Source of the DNA: Sedimentisphaerales bacterium
Lineage (GTDB): Bacteria; Planctomycetota; Phycisphaerae; Sedimentisphaerales; SM23-30
Reading direction: 5' to 3'
DNA length: 64,000 nt
Assembly (NCBI GenBank): GCA_963663965.2
Contig: CAXXFK010000033.1
Location: forward strand, 253,181-317,180
Shown here: positions 17,706-30,271 of the stretch, one piece after another
Numbering within the stretch: the first letter of the stretch is position 1
Layout of the letters: each line of letters starts with the position of its first letter
Made by a program: the position numbers and the translations under genes
Notes under the pieces: model-generated
What the model saw: only the letters and a program-made list of their open reading frames with translations
Told to the model about the DNA's origin: nothing
Databases searched by the model: none

Positions 17706-20510
17706 TCAGTTTGTTGTTTTGCTGGATGATTCCAGGGTCCGGCTGATCTCGATATATTCATAAGCTTCGATAATGTCGCCTTCTTTGATGTCGTCAAAAC
17801 CGGCCAGCTTAATGCCGCATTCGAAACCGCTACGGACTTCATTGGTGTCATCTTTATGCCGCTTGAGGGTCTGAATGTCATTGCCGTCTCGAATAATCAC
17901 GCCATCACGAACAATGCGAACCTTATCATGGCGATTGATCACCCCGTCATTGACAAAGCAACCCGCAATGGTTCCCACGCGAGATACTTTGAAGGTCTTG
18001 CGAACTTCGGCGCGGCCTTTGGATTTTTCTTCGATTTTCGGGGCCAGCATGCCTTCCAGGGCGAGTTTCAGATCGTCGGTAATCTTATAGATGACGCGAT
18101 ACAGCCGTATTTCCACCTTATTCCGTTCCGCCATTTCGCGCGCGCGGTCATCGGCTACCACCTGGAAACCAATGATAATCGCGTTGGACGCGGCGGCCAG
18201 CACAACATCGTTTTCGGAAATGCCGCCGACAGCAGTATGAAGAATTTTAACGGCGACTTCAGAAGTATTCAACTCGAGGATCGAATTGCGTAAAACGTCA
18301 ATGGAGCCTTGAACATCGGCTTTGACGATAACATTCAATTCCCTGACTTCGCCAGCGGCGATTTCGCTGAACAGGTTGTCCAGGGTGATCTGGCGCCGGC
18401 GCGCCAGGGTGTTCTCCCGCATATTCTGTTCATGTTCGTTGGCAATCTGGGCGGCTTCGGAGATATCGCTGACCACATAGAAAGGATCGCCGGCAGTCGG
18501 AACCGCATTCAGTCCGGTCACTTCGATCGGCGTGGAGGGACCGGCTTCTTGCAGGATAGCGCCATAGGCATCGTGAATAGTACGGATACGGCCATAGCAG
18601 GCGCCGGAGACCACGGCGTCTCCCGGTTTGAGAGAGCCGGATTTGACCAGCAAACGGGCCAGGGCGCCACGGGCGGTGGACATTTCCGCTTCGACGATCC
18701 AGCCGGAAGCGGGACCCGTCTGTCGCGCCTTGAGATTATTCAATTCGGCGACATAATCCAGGTATTCAACCAGTTCGTCGATCCCCTGACCGGTGGCGGC
18801 GCTGGTCTGGACGATTTCCGTGTCGCCACCCCATTCCGTGGGGATCAGCCCTTTTTCGGACAGTTGTCCCAGGGCGCGGTTGATATCGGCATTGGGCAGG
18901 TCAACTTTATTCAGGGCGACTACGATCGGCACATTGGCGGCCCGGGCGTGGTTGATCGCTTCTTCGGTCTGGGGCATGACACCGTCATCGGCGGCAACGA
19001 CCAGAACGACAATGTCGGTCATATTCGCGCCGCGCGCGCGCATTTCAGTAAAAGCCTTATGGCCCGGGGTATCCAGAAACGTCACCCGGCGTTTGCCGTC
19101 GTCATAGAGATAAGAGCCAATATGCTGAGTAATTCCGCCCGCTTCGCCCGAGGCGACTTTCGCCCGGCGAATCTGATCCAGCAACGAGGTTTTCCCATGG
19201 TCGACATGCCCCAGAAAGGCCACAACCGGTGGTCTCGAGTGCCGTTCAGAGTCTTGAGTCAGACTGTCAAATTGTTCTTTCAATTCGTCAAACCGCAATT
19301 TTTTCTTTTCAATTCTAATTTCGATATCGTATTCCAGTCCGAGCGTTTCGGCCGCTTCAGTATCCAGCGACTGGTTCACATTGGCCATGATTCCGTGCGC
19401 CATTAATTTGGCAATGATTTCATTGACGCGGACACCGATCGCCGCACTGAGGTCTTTGACCGTGATGGGTTCTTTCAAGGTGACTTCAGTAATGGCTTTC
19501 TGTTGTGCCGCCAATGAATACAGGTCTTTTCCTGCCATGCGTTCGCGCCGGTGCAACGACCGGCCGGACGCAGACGCGAGCCGCTCCTGACGTTCCTGCA
19601 GATCACGATCACCGTAACTGGTGGAAATATCCACACGTTTTTGCCGCTTGTTGGTCAGGCGGCTTTTGCGTTTGGCATCGGTTTCTGTGACATCTTCCAG
19701 GGTAACAGAACGGGTTTTTTTGGCTTTTTTACTTCCTTTGACTGATTTGGCCGGCGTCGTTTCCGCCGCGGCCTGGTCAATTTGAACCACCCGTTCGCGA
19801 CGAGGAGGACGAGGCGTCGGCACAGGAACGAAATCCGGCCGTTCAGTCCGGATGACTTTGGGGCCTTCCAGCACTGCCGGTTTGGGAATGTACTGGACCG
19901 GTTTTACGGATTCTTTAACAGGGGGGTGTTTAACCGGAACCGGAACCGGCCTGGGTCGTGCCGGCTCGGCAGTTTCGGGAGCTTCTTCAATGTTCGGTGT
20001 GGTCAGGGCGGCGATTTCAGTTTCCGGGACCGCCGGCTCGCTGATGGGGGCCGGTTCCTGTTCCGGCGCAGGAGCAGTGATGATTTCCTGTTCCTGCTTT
20101 TGCATCTCAGCCGGGCTGATCCGGTGTGGTTTTTCGCGTCCGCCCAATTCGACCGTCACGAGATGGTCATCCACCTTGGGCGGCATCTCCGAGACGGGTG
20201 TTTCCGTGATCATGGTTGCGACCGGCGCGACCGGCGCTTCATCCGTGGCCATTTCCAGATCGATATCCGTAGAAGCATCGCTTCTGTCCGGTTTGGTTTT
20301 AACTTTTTCGAGATCGACTTTGGCGGTGGTTTCGACCGTATTATGGGTATTGGTATTGCTGAACCATTCGCGGATAGTCGCTTCCAGTCCGGCTGAAACG
20401 GTCGATTGGTGACCTTTGACCGCGGTCAAACCTTCAGCCTGGCATTTATCGACTATCGCTGTGCTTTTCACGCCGAGAGCTTTAGCGAGTTGGTGTATTC
20501 TGGTAGCCAA
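17706..20510 (-). CDS. infB: Translation initiation factor IF-2
   Basis: [50 protein letters not shown]. Confidence 0.98.
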   Translation of the reverse strand: MATRIHQLAKALGVKSTAIVDKCQAEGLTAVKGHQSTVSAGLEATIREWFSNTNTHNTVETTAKVDLEKVKTKPDRSDASTDIDLEMATDEAPVAPVATMITETPVSEMPPKVDDHLVTVELGGREKPHRISPAEMQKQEQEIITAPAPEQEPAPISEPAVPETEIAALTTPNIEEAPETAEPARPRPVPVPVKHPPVKESVKPVQYIPKPAVLEGPKVIRTERPDFVPVPTPRPPRRERVVQIDQAAAETTPAKSVKGSKKAKKTRSVTLEDVTETDAKRKSRLTNKRQKRVDISTSYGDRDLQERQERLASASGRSLHRRERMAGKDLYSLAAQQKAITEVTLKEPITVKDLSAAIGVRVNEIIAKLMAHGIMANVNQSLDTEAAETLGLEYDIEIRIEKKKLRFDELKEQFDSLTQDSERHSRPPVVAFLGHVDHGKTSLLDQIRRAKVASGEAGGITQHIGSYLYDDGKRRVTFLDTPGHKAFTEMRARGANMTDIVVLVVAADDGVMPQTEEAINHARAANVPIVVALNKVDLPNADINRALGQLSEKGLIPTEWGGDTEIVQTSAATGQGIDELVEYLDYVAELNNLKARQTGPASGWIVEAEMSTARGALARLLVKSGSLKPGDAVVSGACYGRIRTIHDAYGAILQEAGPSTPIEVTGLNAVPTAGDPFYVVSDISEAAQIANEHEQNMRENTLARRRQITLDNLFSEIAAGEVRELNVIVKADVQGSIDVLRNSILELNTSEVAVKILHTAVGGISENDVVLAAASNAIIIGFQVVADDRAREMAERNKVEIRLYRVIYKITDDLKLALEGMLAPKIEEKSKGRAEVRKTFKVSRVGTIAGCFVNDGVINRHDKVRIVRDGVIIRDGNDIQTLKRHKDDTNEVRSGFECGIKLAGFDDIKEGDIIEAYEYIEISRTLESSSKTTN

Positions 20511-20532
20511 TCATTATCTCCAAGGATTCAAA

Positions 20533-21852
20533 TTATTCGCCTGGCGGAGGAGAGGAACTCTTGTCCTGTTCATCATCCTGAGCCGGTAAATTAATCGGTT
20601 CGGATGATAGCAGGTTGGACAATTTATCGCTTTTGCGATTACGGGTTCCCAGGCCGCTCAGTTCTCCGGCCAGGACTTGTTGAGCAGCGGTTTTCTGCGG
20701 TTGATTTTCACTCAGTAACTGGGCTTTGTTGTTGCAATAATTAACAATACGCAAGGCCATGGTCAGGTCGATATCCAGCGTTTCAATCAGTGGGTCGGTT
20801 CCAATTTCTTCGAGGTCCATCACTGAAATAATCCCCATGGCGCAGATTTTATCGATTAACGGATCCGTTATGCCGTCGATTTCCCGCAAGGTATTGACCA
20901 GTGTATCCATATTGGAGGCGAATTCCTGCGGGGTCAGGATGTCAATGTCCCAATCAGTTAACCGGGCGGCCAGCCGGACATTCTGTCCGCGCTTGCCGAT
21001 TGCCAGCGAGAGCTGATCATCATTGACAACGACGGTAGCCCGGTTCAGTTCGAAACAAAGAGCCGTTTCACGAATCTCAGCCGGTCGCAACGCGTTTCCG
21101 ATGAAGATTTGTGATGATTCATTCCAGCGGACAATATCGATTTTTTCGCCGCTGAGTTCATCGACGATATTTTTAATACGGCTGCCGCGTACGCCGACGC
21201 ATGCGCCCACCGCGTCTACTTTATTGTCGTGACTGACCACCGCCACTTTGGAACGGTAGCCCGCTTCACGGGAAAGCGCTTTGATTTCGATGATGCCATC
21301 GGAGACTTCCGGAACTTCCTGTTCGAAAAGTTTACGAATGAAATCAGGATGGGTGCGTGACAGGGTGATTTTGATCTGGTTGGGCGATTCCTTCACTTCA
21401 TAAATTACCGCGCGCACCCGTTCGCCCGGATGCTGCGATTCACCCGGAATCTGTTCACTTTTTGGTAATATCGCCTCAGTGCGCCCCAGGTTCACTATGG
21501 TCACCCCGCCTTCATAGCGCGCAACGGAACCGGAGACAATTTCACCCACACGATCTTGATACTCGGTAAAGATACTGCCCCGCTCATCTTCCCGGATTTT
21601 CTGGATCATGACCTGCTTAACCGTTTGAGCAGGAATACGCCCCAGGTCTTTGATGTCGATTTGCTGACCGTTCAGATAAGCGGTGATATCGCCGGAATGT
21701 CGATCAATCTGGACAATAATATCCTGATCCTGTCCGAAATGTTTGCGCGCCCCCGATATCATCGCTGATTCTATATCGGTGAAGATACTTTCTTTATCGA
21801 TGTTCTTATCCTTGGCGATACCGTCAATGATTCTAATTAATTCCTGGTTCAT
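20533..21852 (-). CDS. nusA: Transcription termination/antitermination factor NusA
   Basis: GRIPAQTVKQV, LFEQEVPEV, VGACVGVRGSRI, SLAIGKRGQNVRLAARLT; ATG at 21852 (MNQELIRII) preferred over the ORF-track start at 21945. Confidence 0.96.
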   Translation of the reverse strand: MNQELIRIIDGIAKDKNIDKESIFTDIESAMISGARKHFGQDQDIIVQIDRHSGDITAYLNGQQIDIKDLGRIPAQTVKQVMIQKIREDERGSIFTEYQDRVGEIVSGSVARYEGGVTIVNLGRTEAILPKSEQIPGESQHPGERVRAVIYEVKESPNQIKITLSRTHPDFIRKLFEQEVPEVSDGIIEIKALSREAGYRSKVAVVSHDNKVDAVGACVGVRGSRIKNIVDELSGEKIDIVRWNESSQIFIGNALRPAEIRETALCFELNRATVVVNDDQLSLAIGKRGQNVRLAARLTDWDIDILTPQEFASNMDTLVNTLREIDGITDPLIDKICAMGIISVMDLEEIGTDPLIETLDIDLTMALRIVNYCNNKAQLLSENQPQKTAAQQVLAGELSGLGTRNRKSDKLSNLLSSEPINLPAQDDEQDKSSSPPPGE

Positions 21853-21865
21853 TATTCGCTGCCTT

Positions 21866-21917
21866 AAAAAATAAAAAAAGCGGAACAGTGTCAGAACCCA
21901 CTTCGAATGCCGCTTTT
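21866..21917 (-). promoter_or_regulatory. Terminator-like leader hairpin upstream of nusA (candidate attenuator)
   Basis: Minus strand AAAAGCGG...CCGCTTTTTTTATTTTT ends about 15 nt before the ATG; loop contains AAGTGGG. Confidence 0.5.
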
Positions 21918-22779
21918 CGTCAGCCTCCGGGCCATTAAAACCCACAATAATAAGGCTAAAATTTCTCCTGATTGTTGCTGATACACGTTACATAAACAAT
22001 CCTCTTGCGTGGGTTGTTTTCGTTCCTCAAGGTCTAACTATATTACAAGCAATACTTAATATAAAAGATATTGCCAGAATTTCAATTAAATACTTGGAAA
22101 ATTATCGGCGTTTCCTGATAAAATCTTGGCCAAGGCTCCGTTTTTTGATGCAAATCGATCCGGAATCGATAGTGGTATTTCTTATAAGTATATATATTGC
22201 AATAAGATATATCTTGTATGGTGTCGGATTATGATCCATGCTCGATGTATATTACAGTTGAATGATGCCATCATGGATCGTGGGAATATAATTATAATTT
22301 AATATTGTGCCTTGAACCGTTTAGCCATGATGGGGGGCTGTAATTGATAACGTTCTGTCAAATCGTATAGTTATGATAAATATGGCCTGTTGATTTGAGA
22401 GTTTTTAGACGTAAAGAAACAAAAAAGGGGAAACAATGATATATGGGCGGCCCAGAGTATGCCAGTATTAAGTCATCAAAGAAAAGTTTTAATTAACTTC
22501 CTGAATGAGAACGCACTATTATTTTTGGTAGATTCAGGTAAACTGAAATGACTGAAATAGTATACCCATCAATCATTGCGGCTATCAATGACTGAGACTA
22601 TGTTATGCTATCCGGCTTTTCAGGAAATCAGGATTATTTCAGACTTATACCCAATGGGTATGAAAATTCCCGATCGCTTGCAAGATAAGTATTTAACCGA
22701 GTAAAACTTATATCACGGCCCAGCAGGCATTACCAATTGTAAGCAGTATACAATCGTACACAATCAGGATCATTCAACG

Positions 22780-23967
22780 ATGCAGTATAGACGATTTGGC
22801 AGGACAGAGATCAACCTACCAGTGATCAGTGTGGGAGGGATGCGTTATCAGACATCCTGGAAACGGGAGGATGCGGTTAAAGCTGAGTCGGTAACCAATC
22901 TGCAACAGATTGTCGCCAGGGCGATGGAGAATGGATTGAATCATTTTGAAACAGCCCATGGCTATGGTACCAGTGAGGAGGAATTGGGACAGGTCCTTCG
23001 AGACTATGACAGGGATCAATTGATTTTGCAGACCAAAGGGGGTCCCAAAGAAGATGTCCGGGAGTTCTTGAAAAACCTGGAGAGTTCGCTGACATGTTTA
23101 CAGACAGACCGTCTGGATCTGTTTGCCGTCCATGGTATCAATAATGACGCCATTATGCAGCAGGCCCTGGTTAAAGGCGGGGTGGTTGAGGCGGCGCTCA
23201 AGCTCAAAGAAGAAGGGGTGATAGGGCATCTTGGCTTTTCAACCCATGGCCCCCTGGAAACGATCTTACCGACGATTCAAACCGGATTATTTGATTATGT
23301 TAATTTATGGTATTTTTATATCAACCAGTGGAACTGGCCTGCCATTGAGGCGGCCACCCAACGGGATATGGGTGTTTTTATTATCTCACCCAATGACAAA
23401 GGAGGGAAACTTTATGATCCACCGCAGAAATGGCGTGATCTGACTGCGCCATTGCATCCGATGGCGTTTAATGATCTGTTTCTTTTGAGTCACCCGCAAA
23501 TTCATACGCTTTCCTGCGGCGTGGCGCGGGCTGAAGACTTTGATATCCATTTAGAAGCAGTAAACCAGATGGCTGTCTGGCAGGATGCGATAAAAAAGAT
23601 ACAGGCCCGGCTGGATGCGGAACTGGCCGGTGTATTGGATGATGACTGGCCGGAACATTATCGAGATGGATTGCCGGCCTGGGAAGCGACTCCCGGTGGA
23701 TTAAATATCCCGGTGATCTTGTGGCTTTGGAATCTGGTTCGGGCTTTTGATATGACCGAGTATGCCAGAATGAGATATAATCTAATGGGCAATGCCGAGC
23801 ATTGGTTTCCGGGCGCCAGACCGGATTCTTATGGCTCAGTCGACCGAAACGCTTTACGTCTCGCATTGGAGCGCTCTCCTTATCGTGACCGGATTATGAC
23901 CATACTGGATGAAGCGCATCAGATGCTGTATACCGGCGCTATGAAACGATTAAGCGAAAGCGAATGA
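22780..23967 (+). CDS. Aldo/keto reductase family oxidoreductase
   Basis: MQYRRFGRT, GGMR, HFETAHGYGTSE, LQTK, LDLFAVHG, GFSTHG. Confidence 0.9.
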   Translation: MQYRRFGRTEINLPVISVGGMRYQTSWKREDAVKAESVTNLQQIVARAMENGLNHFETAHGYGTSEEELGQVLRDYDRDQLILQTKGGPKEDVREFLKNLESSLTCLQTDRLDLFAVHGINNDAIMQQALVKGGVVEAALKLKEEGVIGHLGFSTHGPLETILPTIQTGLFDYVNLWYFYINQWNWPAIEAATQRDMGVFIISPNDKGGKLYDPPQKWRDLTAPLHPMAFNDLFLLSHPQIHTLSCGVARAEDFDIHLEAVNQMAVWQDAIKKIQARLDAELAGVLDDDWPEHYRDGLPAWEATPGGLNIPVILWLWNLVRAFDMTEYARMRYNLMGNAEHWFPGARPDSYGSVDRNALRLALERSPYRDRIMTILDEAHQMLYTGAMKRLSESE

Positions 23968-24068
23968 CTATCCCATTTGTACTTTTTAGTTCCAGCAAGT
24001 ATCATCCTGCTGGCATAGTGATATCAGGTCCCTGTAGATAATTAAATTTCTAGCCTTCTGGAGATGTT

Positions 24069-25619
<1,551 letters not shown>

Positions 25620-25671
25620 CGAATATTTTTCAATTTGGCCGGCAAGTTTTTAAATAGCTTATTTTCGTCCA

Positions 25672-25840
25672 AGGGACCGTAAATAAATAACAGCTTCATT
25701 TCTCATTTCATCTTGCCGCCATTTTCAGCCGCTTCTCCATCGCGAAATCCTCGACATAGCACAGCACTGCCTGCGGTTTCGCTCAATCGGCGCGACTGAA
25801 TCTGACGACAAGCCGGGCGATAAATGCAGCATTTATTTAT
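25672..25840. repeat. ~170-bp long imperfect palindrome (MITE/REP-like element)
   Basis: Nested inverted arms TAAATAAAT/ATTTATTTA, CTTGCCGCCA/TGACGACAAG, TTCAGCCGC/GCGACTGAA, GCGAAATC/GGTTTCGC. Confidence 0.55.
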
Positions 25841-26628
25841 TTTTCAGATTTAATTGCTTTGGCATCTGAACGGCCGAGAAAGCGAATTAAGCCGTCCAGA
25901 ATCGTCAGTGGATGGGGAGGGCAGCCGGGTATATAGAGGTCAACCGGCACGACGGTGTCCGCTCCGTTTTTTACCTGTTCATGGTCGATATAGGGGCCGC
26001 CTGATATGGCGCAGGCCCCTACCGCGATGACAATTTTCGGTTCGGGGACGGCATCGTATGTTTTTTTCAGCGCCAGATACATATTCTGCGTAACCGGTCC
26101 TGTAATCAAAAGCCCGTCGGCATGCCGGGGAGAGGCAACGAACTGGATGCCAAAACGACCCAGGTCCCAGGCCAGGGTATTCAGTACATTGGTATCGGCC
26201 TCACACGCATTGCAACCGCCAGCACTGACCTGACGCAGTTTTAAGGAACGGCCAAACAGTGTCATCAGATTCTTATCCATCACAACATCGTTGCGCCGGA
26301 CGGACTGATGATTCACCGCAAGCATCTGTTGACGCTGACGAGCAGCAAGACAATAGTTATCGGAAAATTTAATGCTTTGCTGCGAACAGACTTTGGCGCA
26401 ATCGGCACAAAAGAGACATTTGCCCATATCGATGCAGGGTTGATTATCGTTCAACACGATAGCGCCTGTCGGGCAGACCCGGACACAGGCATCGCAATCC
26501 GCAGGACACCGGGTCGCGTCTATCATCGGCCATCCACGGAATCGGTCCGGCAATTTCGGCGGCGGTTCGTCAGGGTACTTGAACGTTTGGTGCCCCTGCT
26601 GCAATCGGGCGAGAATTATTTTAAGCAT
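25837..26628 (-). CDS. ehrS: Ehr small subunit: 2x[4Fe-4S] ferredoxin fused to a NuoB/HycG/HyfI-like domain
   Basis: CPADCDACVRVCP, CLFCADCAKVC; GGCNACE, SPRHAD, GACA, PGCPP. Confidence 0.88.
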   Translation of the reverse strand: MLKIILARLQQGHQTFKYPDEPPPKLPDRFRGWPMIDATRCPADCDACVRVCPTGAIVLNDNQPCIDMGKCLFCADCAKVCSQQSIKFSDNYCLAARQRQQMLAVNHQSVRRNDVVMDKNLMTLFGRSLKLRQVSAGGCNACEADTNVLNTLAWDLGRFGIQFVASPRHADGLLITGPVTQNMYLALKKTYDAVPEPKIVIAVGACAISGGPYIDHEQVKNGADTVVPVDLYIPGCPPHPLTILDGLIRFLGRSDAKAIKSEK

Positions 26629-26669
26629 CGTTTTTCCTTATCTCATGCAAGAGATTCGTCATATAACCA

Positions 26670-28196
26670 TCACAGGTCATGTCCGCAATAGGACAAATTA
26701 AAACTCTTATTACACAACGGAAAGTCTGAAATCTCCTGTCCACGTAAGACATAGGCCAACGCCGGCCAGTTGTGAAACGACGGGTCCACTATTTTATACC
26801 GGGCGAAACGGCCCTGTTCATTGGTAATGGCGACATGGCAAACCTCCCCGCGCCATCCTTCGTTGAGGGTAACGGCAAAACTTTCGGGGGCAAGGATACC
26901 GACGGATGTCAACGGTGACCCGACGGGGATCGTTTCAACCTGTTCCCGGATGAATTTTATGGATTGCTGAATCTCAAGCCAGCGAACAAATGCCCGGCTA
27001 AAAACATCGCCTGTCTCACAGGTAGAAACGAGGAGATGTGAAAACCGAAAAATACCAGACGGCTGGTCATGCCGGATGTCGCGTACCAGACCCGAAGCGC
27101 GAGCTGCCGGACCGACAATACCCAGTTCGACGGCAATTTGCCGCGGCAGCAGTCCCGTGTTTTCAAACCGTGCCATCACCGACGGCGTATCCCAGAGCAA
27201 ATTGACGGCGACAGCGGTATCTTTTTCTATCTTATCCAGACGACGCAATAATTCAGATGCCCGGCGGTCATCAATGTCAAAATCGACTCCGCCCGGTCGA
27301 ATCATTCCCCGGCCAAACCGGCTGCCGCATAACAGAGCTGTCATATTAAGAAAATCGCCGCGAATACGGCCGCAATAACTAGCAGTAGGCAAAAATCCCA
27401 CATCATTGGATAATGCTCCCAGGTCACCGACATGATTGGCCAGGCGCTCCAATTCCAGGGAAACGCCGCGGAGCATCTGGGCACGGGCGGTTTTCTGGCA
27501 GCGGGCGAACGCCTCAATCAACTGGCAATATGCCATGGTATGAGCAATCGTCGTATCGCCTGCCAAGGTCTGTGCGTAATGGATCGAACGGTTGTCCGGG
27601 CCGCCAGTCATCACCTGTTCCACTCCGCGATGTTGATAGCCCAGTGCGATTTCCAGGTGAAACACCAGTTCGCCGTGACACTGGAAGCGAAAATGGCCCG
27701 GCTCAATAATTCCGGCGTGTACCGGGCCGACTGCCACCTCATGTACCTCATCACCTTCGACACGGAAAAAGTCGCCCACGGCAGGCTGGATCGGCTGATC
27801 CAAGGGCCGGTCCCAGGCATCCCGACCCGTTTTTGAGTGATGGTAACGTACGGGCTTGAACCAGGGATGACCAACCGGCTTTAATCCAAACTGCTCGGCA
27901 ATTTCACGTTCAAACAGGTGTACCTGCGGGCAATGCGGCGTAAGCGACTCAAATTGATAGCCTTCAATTTGAGTCCGGCCTGCATAAAGCTGATTTTGCT
28001 CATCATCAGCCATGACAACGTAAAGCTGTATGACATCTGGCTGAATGGTTGAATGACCAAACATCGCCGACACACGCCGGCCTGCGGCAACCCCATTAAG
28101 GATTGCCTGACGGAAGCCGTCAAACGCAAGCAACGGGACCGTATCAAGCGGAACAGCCTGACCGTTTGTTAGTTTTGAAAACTGAGAAAAATTCAT
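26670..28196 (-). CDS. ehrL: Ehr large subunit (NuoC/D-, HycE/HyfG-like) lacking NiFe-binding CxxC motifs
   Basis: FEREIAEQFG..GHP, VGPVHAGIIEPGHFRF, GYQHRG, ELERLANH, EGWRGE; AQTLAGDT and DFPLCNKSFNLSYCGHDL replace the L1 and L2 motifs. Confidence 0.88.
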   Translation of the reverse strand: MNFSQFSKLTNGQAVPLDTVPLLAFDGFRQAILNGVAAGRRVSAMFGHSTIQPDVIQLYVVMADDEQNQLYAGRTQIEGYQFESLTPHCPQVHLFEREIAEQFGLKPVGHPWFKPVRYHHSKTGRDAWDRPLDQPIQPAVGDFFRVEGDEVHEVAVGPVHAGIIEPGHFRFQCHGELVFHLEIALGYQHRGVEQVMTGGPDNRSIHYAQTLAGDTTIAHTMAYCQLIEAFARCQKTARAQMLRGVSLELERLANHVGDLGALSNDVGFLPTASYCGRIRGDFLNMTALLCGSRFGRGMIRPGGVDFDIDDRRASELLRRLDKIEKDTAVAVNLLWDTPSVMARFENTGLLPRQIAVELGIVGPAARASGLVRDIRHDQPSGIFRFSHLLVSTCETGDVFSRAFVRWLEIQQSIKFIREQVETIPVGSPLTSVGILAPESFAVTLNEGWRGEVCHVAITNEQGRFARYKIVDPSFHNWPALAYVLRGQEISDFPLCNKSFNLSYCGHDL

Positions 28197-29626
28197 GGAC
28201 GGCCCTCCAGAAAACGAACCGCATCATTAAGCAAATTGCTTAACGGGGCAGGAATCGATAAACCAAGCAGTAAAACCAATCCCATCAGAATAACCACGGG
28301 CGCGGCGGTCAACAGGCCGTCGCGATACGGTGTACTGCACGCCTCGGCCGGAACGCTGCCCTGAACAACCTGCAGCACCGTTTTTCCCATACCGATAAAA
28401 ACAACCAGCAGTAGAAACAGGAACAGCCCCGCCGTGCAAAACCGCCCCGCATCAAATGCGCCATTGAGAATGGCAAATTCGCTGATAAATGGACCGAACG
28501 GAGGTGACCCTGTAATCGCCAGAAATCCGGCAAGGAATAAAGTTCCTGACAACGGCAGACGACGTATTGCTCCGCGAACCATATCCGTACTCTTGCTGTC
28601 ATAGGCGCGGTGGATATTGCCGGATGAAAGGAAAAGCACGCCCTTGGTTAAACCATTTGTCATAATATGAAGTAATGTACCAAACAGAGCTGGACCCCCA
28701 ATGCCAAGACCTAGTACGAGAATGCCCATGTGCTCAACGCTGGAGTAGGCGAGCGTCCTCTTGAAATCTCGCTGGTTGACCATAAACAAACCGGCAACCG
28801 TCATCGAAAACAGCCCGATAAATAACAGCAGCCGTGAAATATACGCCTGTTCTCCAGCCGCTAAACAAATCTGATAGATACGCAGAACCGCCAAAAATGC
28901 ACAACTGGTAACACCGCCGGCAAATATCGCCCCAATCACACCCGGCACCTCTCCATAAACTTCCGGTTTCCATGTGTGCATGGGCGCCAGCCCCATTTTT
29001 GTGCCATAGCCCACCAACAGCAGAATAAAGGCGGCATGAAGCCAGGGTTTGGACAACAGGGCGGCATTTTGCAGAACATCTTCAAAAGCCAGAGTGGATT
29101 CGAGTCCGGCCTGCACCGATGCGTACGCAAGAAAAAAAGTCCCCAGCAGCGCCAACGCAATACCCACCGAGCCAATCATCAGATATTTCCAGGTTGCCTC
29201 AATACTGCGAGGTGTCCGGTTGAAGTAAATCAGCGGCGCCGTCACCAGTGTCGTGCCCTCGATAGCCACCCACATCAAACCCAGATGATGCGACCAGACC
29301 ACGATACTCATGACACCCAGAAAGCCAAGAAGGCACGCGCAGAAAACACGATTGGAGCGTTCTTTCCGGTATTGCAGGTATCCCACCGTGTAAAATGAAC
29401 AGAATAAAAACAACGTGCTGACAACCAACAGAACGATGCGGCCGGGAGGGTCTAATACAAGCCATTCGGCCGTCATCATCAGGTCCGGACGCGTCAGCAC
29501 AAACACCGTCGTAGCAAAAAATACAACGGCGGTCAGCGGCAAAAGCCAGGGTCGCAGGCGATTGGACGGGACTGCCGCGGCAATCGCCGCCATCAAAAAC
29601 GGGAAAAATATCATTGCAAACGCCAT
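28193..29626 (-). CDS. ehrD: Ehr antiporter-like membrane subunit (HyfF-like)
   Basis: WVAIEGTT, EATWKY, GYGTKMGLAPMHTWKP, AYSSVEHMG. Confidence 0.85.
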   Translation of the reverse strand: MAFAMIFFPFLMAAIAAAVPSNRLRPWLLPLTAVVFFATTVFVLTRPDLMMTAEWLVLDPPGRIVLLVVSTLFLFCSFYTVGYLQYRKERSNRVFCACLLGFLGVMSIVVWSHHLGLMWVAIEGTTLVTAPLIYFNRTPRSIEATWKYLMIGSVGIALALLGTFFLAYASVQAGLESTLAFEDVLQNAALLSKPWLHAAFILLLVGYGTKMGLAPMHTWKPEVYGEVPGVIGAIFAGGVTSCAFLAVLRIYQICLAAGEQAYISRLLLFIGLFSMTVAGLFMVNQRDFKRTLAYSSVEHMGILVLGLGIGGPALFGTLLHIMTNGLTKGVLFLSSGNIHRAYDSKSTDMVRGAIRRLPLSGTLFLAGFLAITGSPPFGPFISEFAILNGAFDAGRFCTAGLFLFLLLVVFIGMGKTVLQVVQGSVPAEACSTPYRDGLLTAAPVVILMGLVLLLGLSIPAPLSNLLNDAVRFLEGRP

Positions 29627-29629
29627 ACA

Positions 29630-30271
29630 TTATTCCTTCAGTGAGACCAGCATACGCGTATCCATCGAGGAGAACGCCTGGTTAATATGATTGATAATAA
29701 TACAGGTTACGAAAATACCAACAAAGAGGTCGAGCATAACCCCCATTTCAACGATGACCGGCATCGCCTCAATCAATAACATACTGAAGATAAAAATACC
29801 GTTTTCCAAAATGAGATACCCGATCACCTGACTGATAGCCTTGTAGCGGGAGATCAGGAAAATAAATCCGACCATAACCGTTGCAATGGAAGTCGGGACA
29901 AGCAACGTACCGTAATGCTGCCCGGCAAGCGGAAGCTGACCCGCAATCAGCAGCGCAAAGGCCGTTGCCATGGCACCAAGAATGATTGACGGCAGATAAC
30001 CGATCAACGGCTCAATTTCACGTTTTATCTGGGCATCACGAAGGGCACGCATCATGATTGAGGGAATAACCGAACCTTTGATGACGATCGCCACAATAAT
30101 CATCATCGCCACTGGAATCGTCAAATGTTTATGTGCCAATAATGGAATCACACCCAGCAGTATGCCTTGTGCCGACACCGTACGGATGACCGCTCTAATC
30201 CGGCTGGTGCCGAGGGCAAACAGGTTCATGACCAGTATGATTACCAGAACCGCATTTAATAAATCCGTCAT
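29630..30271 (-). CDS. ehrC: Ehr membrane subunit (HyfE-like)
   Basis: Multi-TM; IKGSVIP, QVIGYLILENGI, VEMGVMLD. Confidence 0.85.
   Translation of the reverse strand: MTDLLNAVLVIILVMNLFALGTSRIRAVIRTVSAQGILLGVIPLLAHKHLTIPVAMMIIVAIVIKGSVIPSIMMRALRDAQIKREIEPLIGYLPSIILGAMATAFALLIAGQLPLAGQHYGTLLVPTSIATVMVGFIFLISRYKAISQVIGYLILENGIFIFSMLLIEAMPVIVEMGVMLDLFVGIFVTCIIINHINQAFSSMDTRMLVSLKE

Noticed and set aside
21853..21945. 31-aa N-terminal extension of NusA in the ORF track
   Set aside because: Reads through the leader hairpin and U-tract; NusA homology starts at MNQEL (21852)
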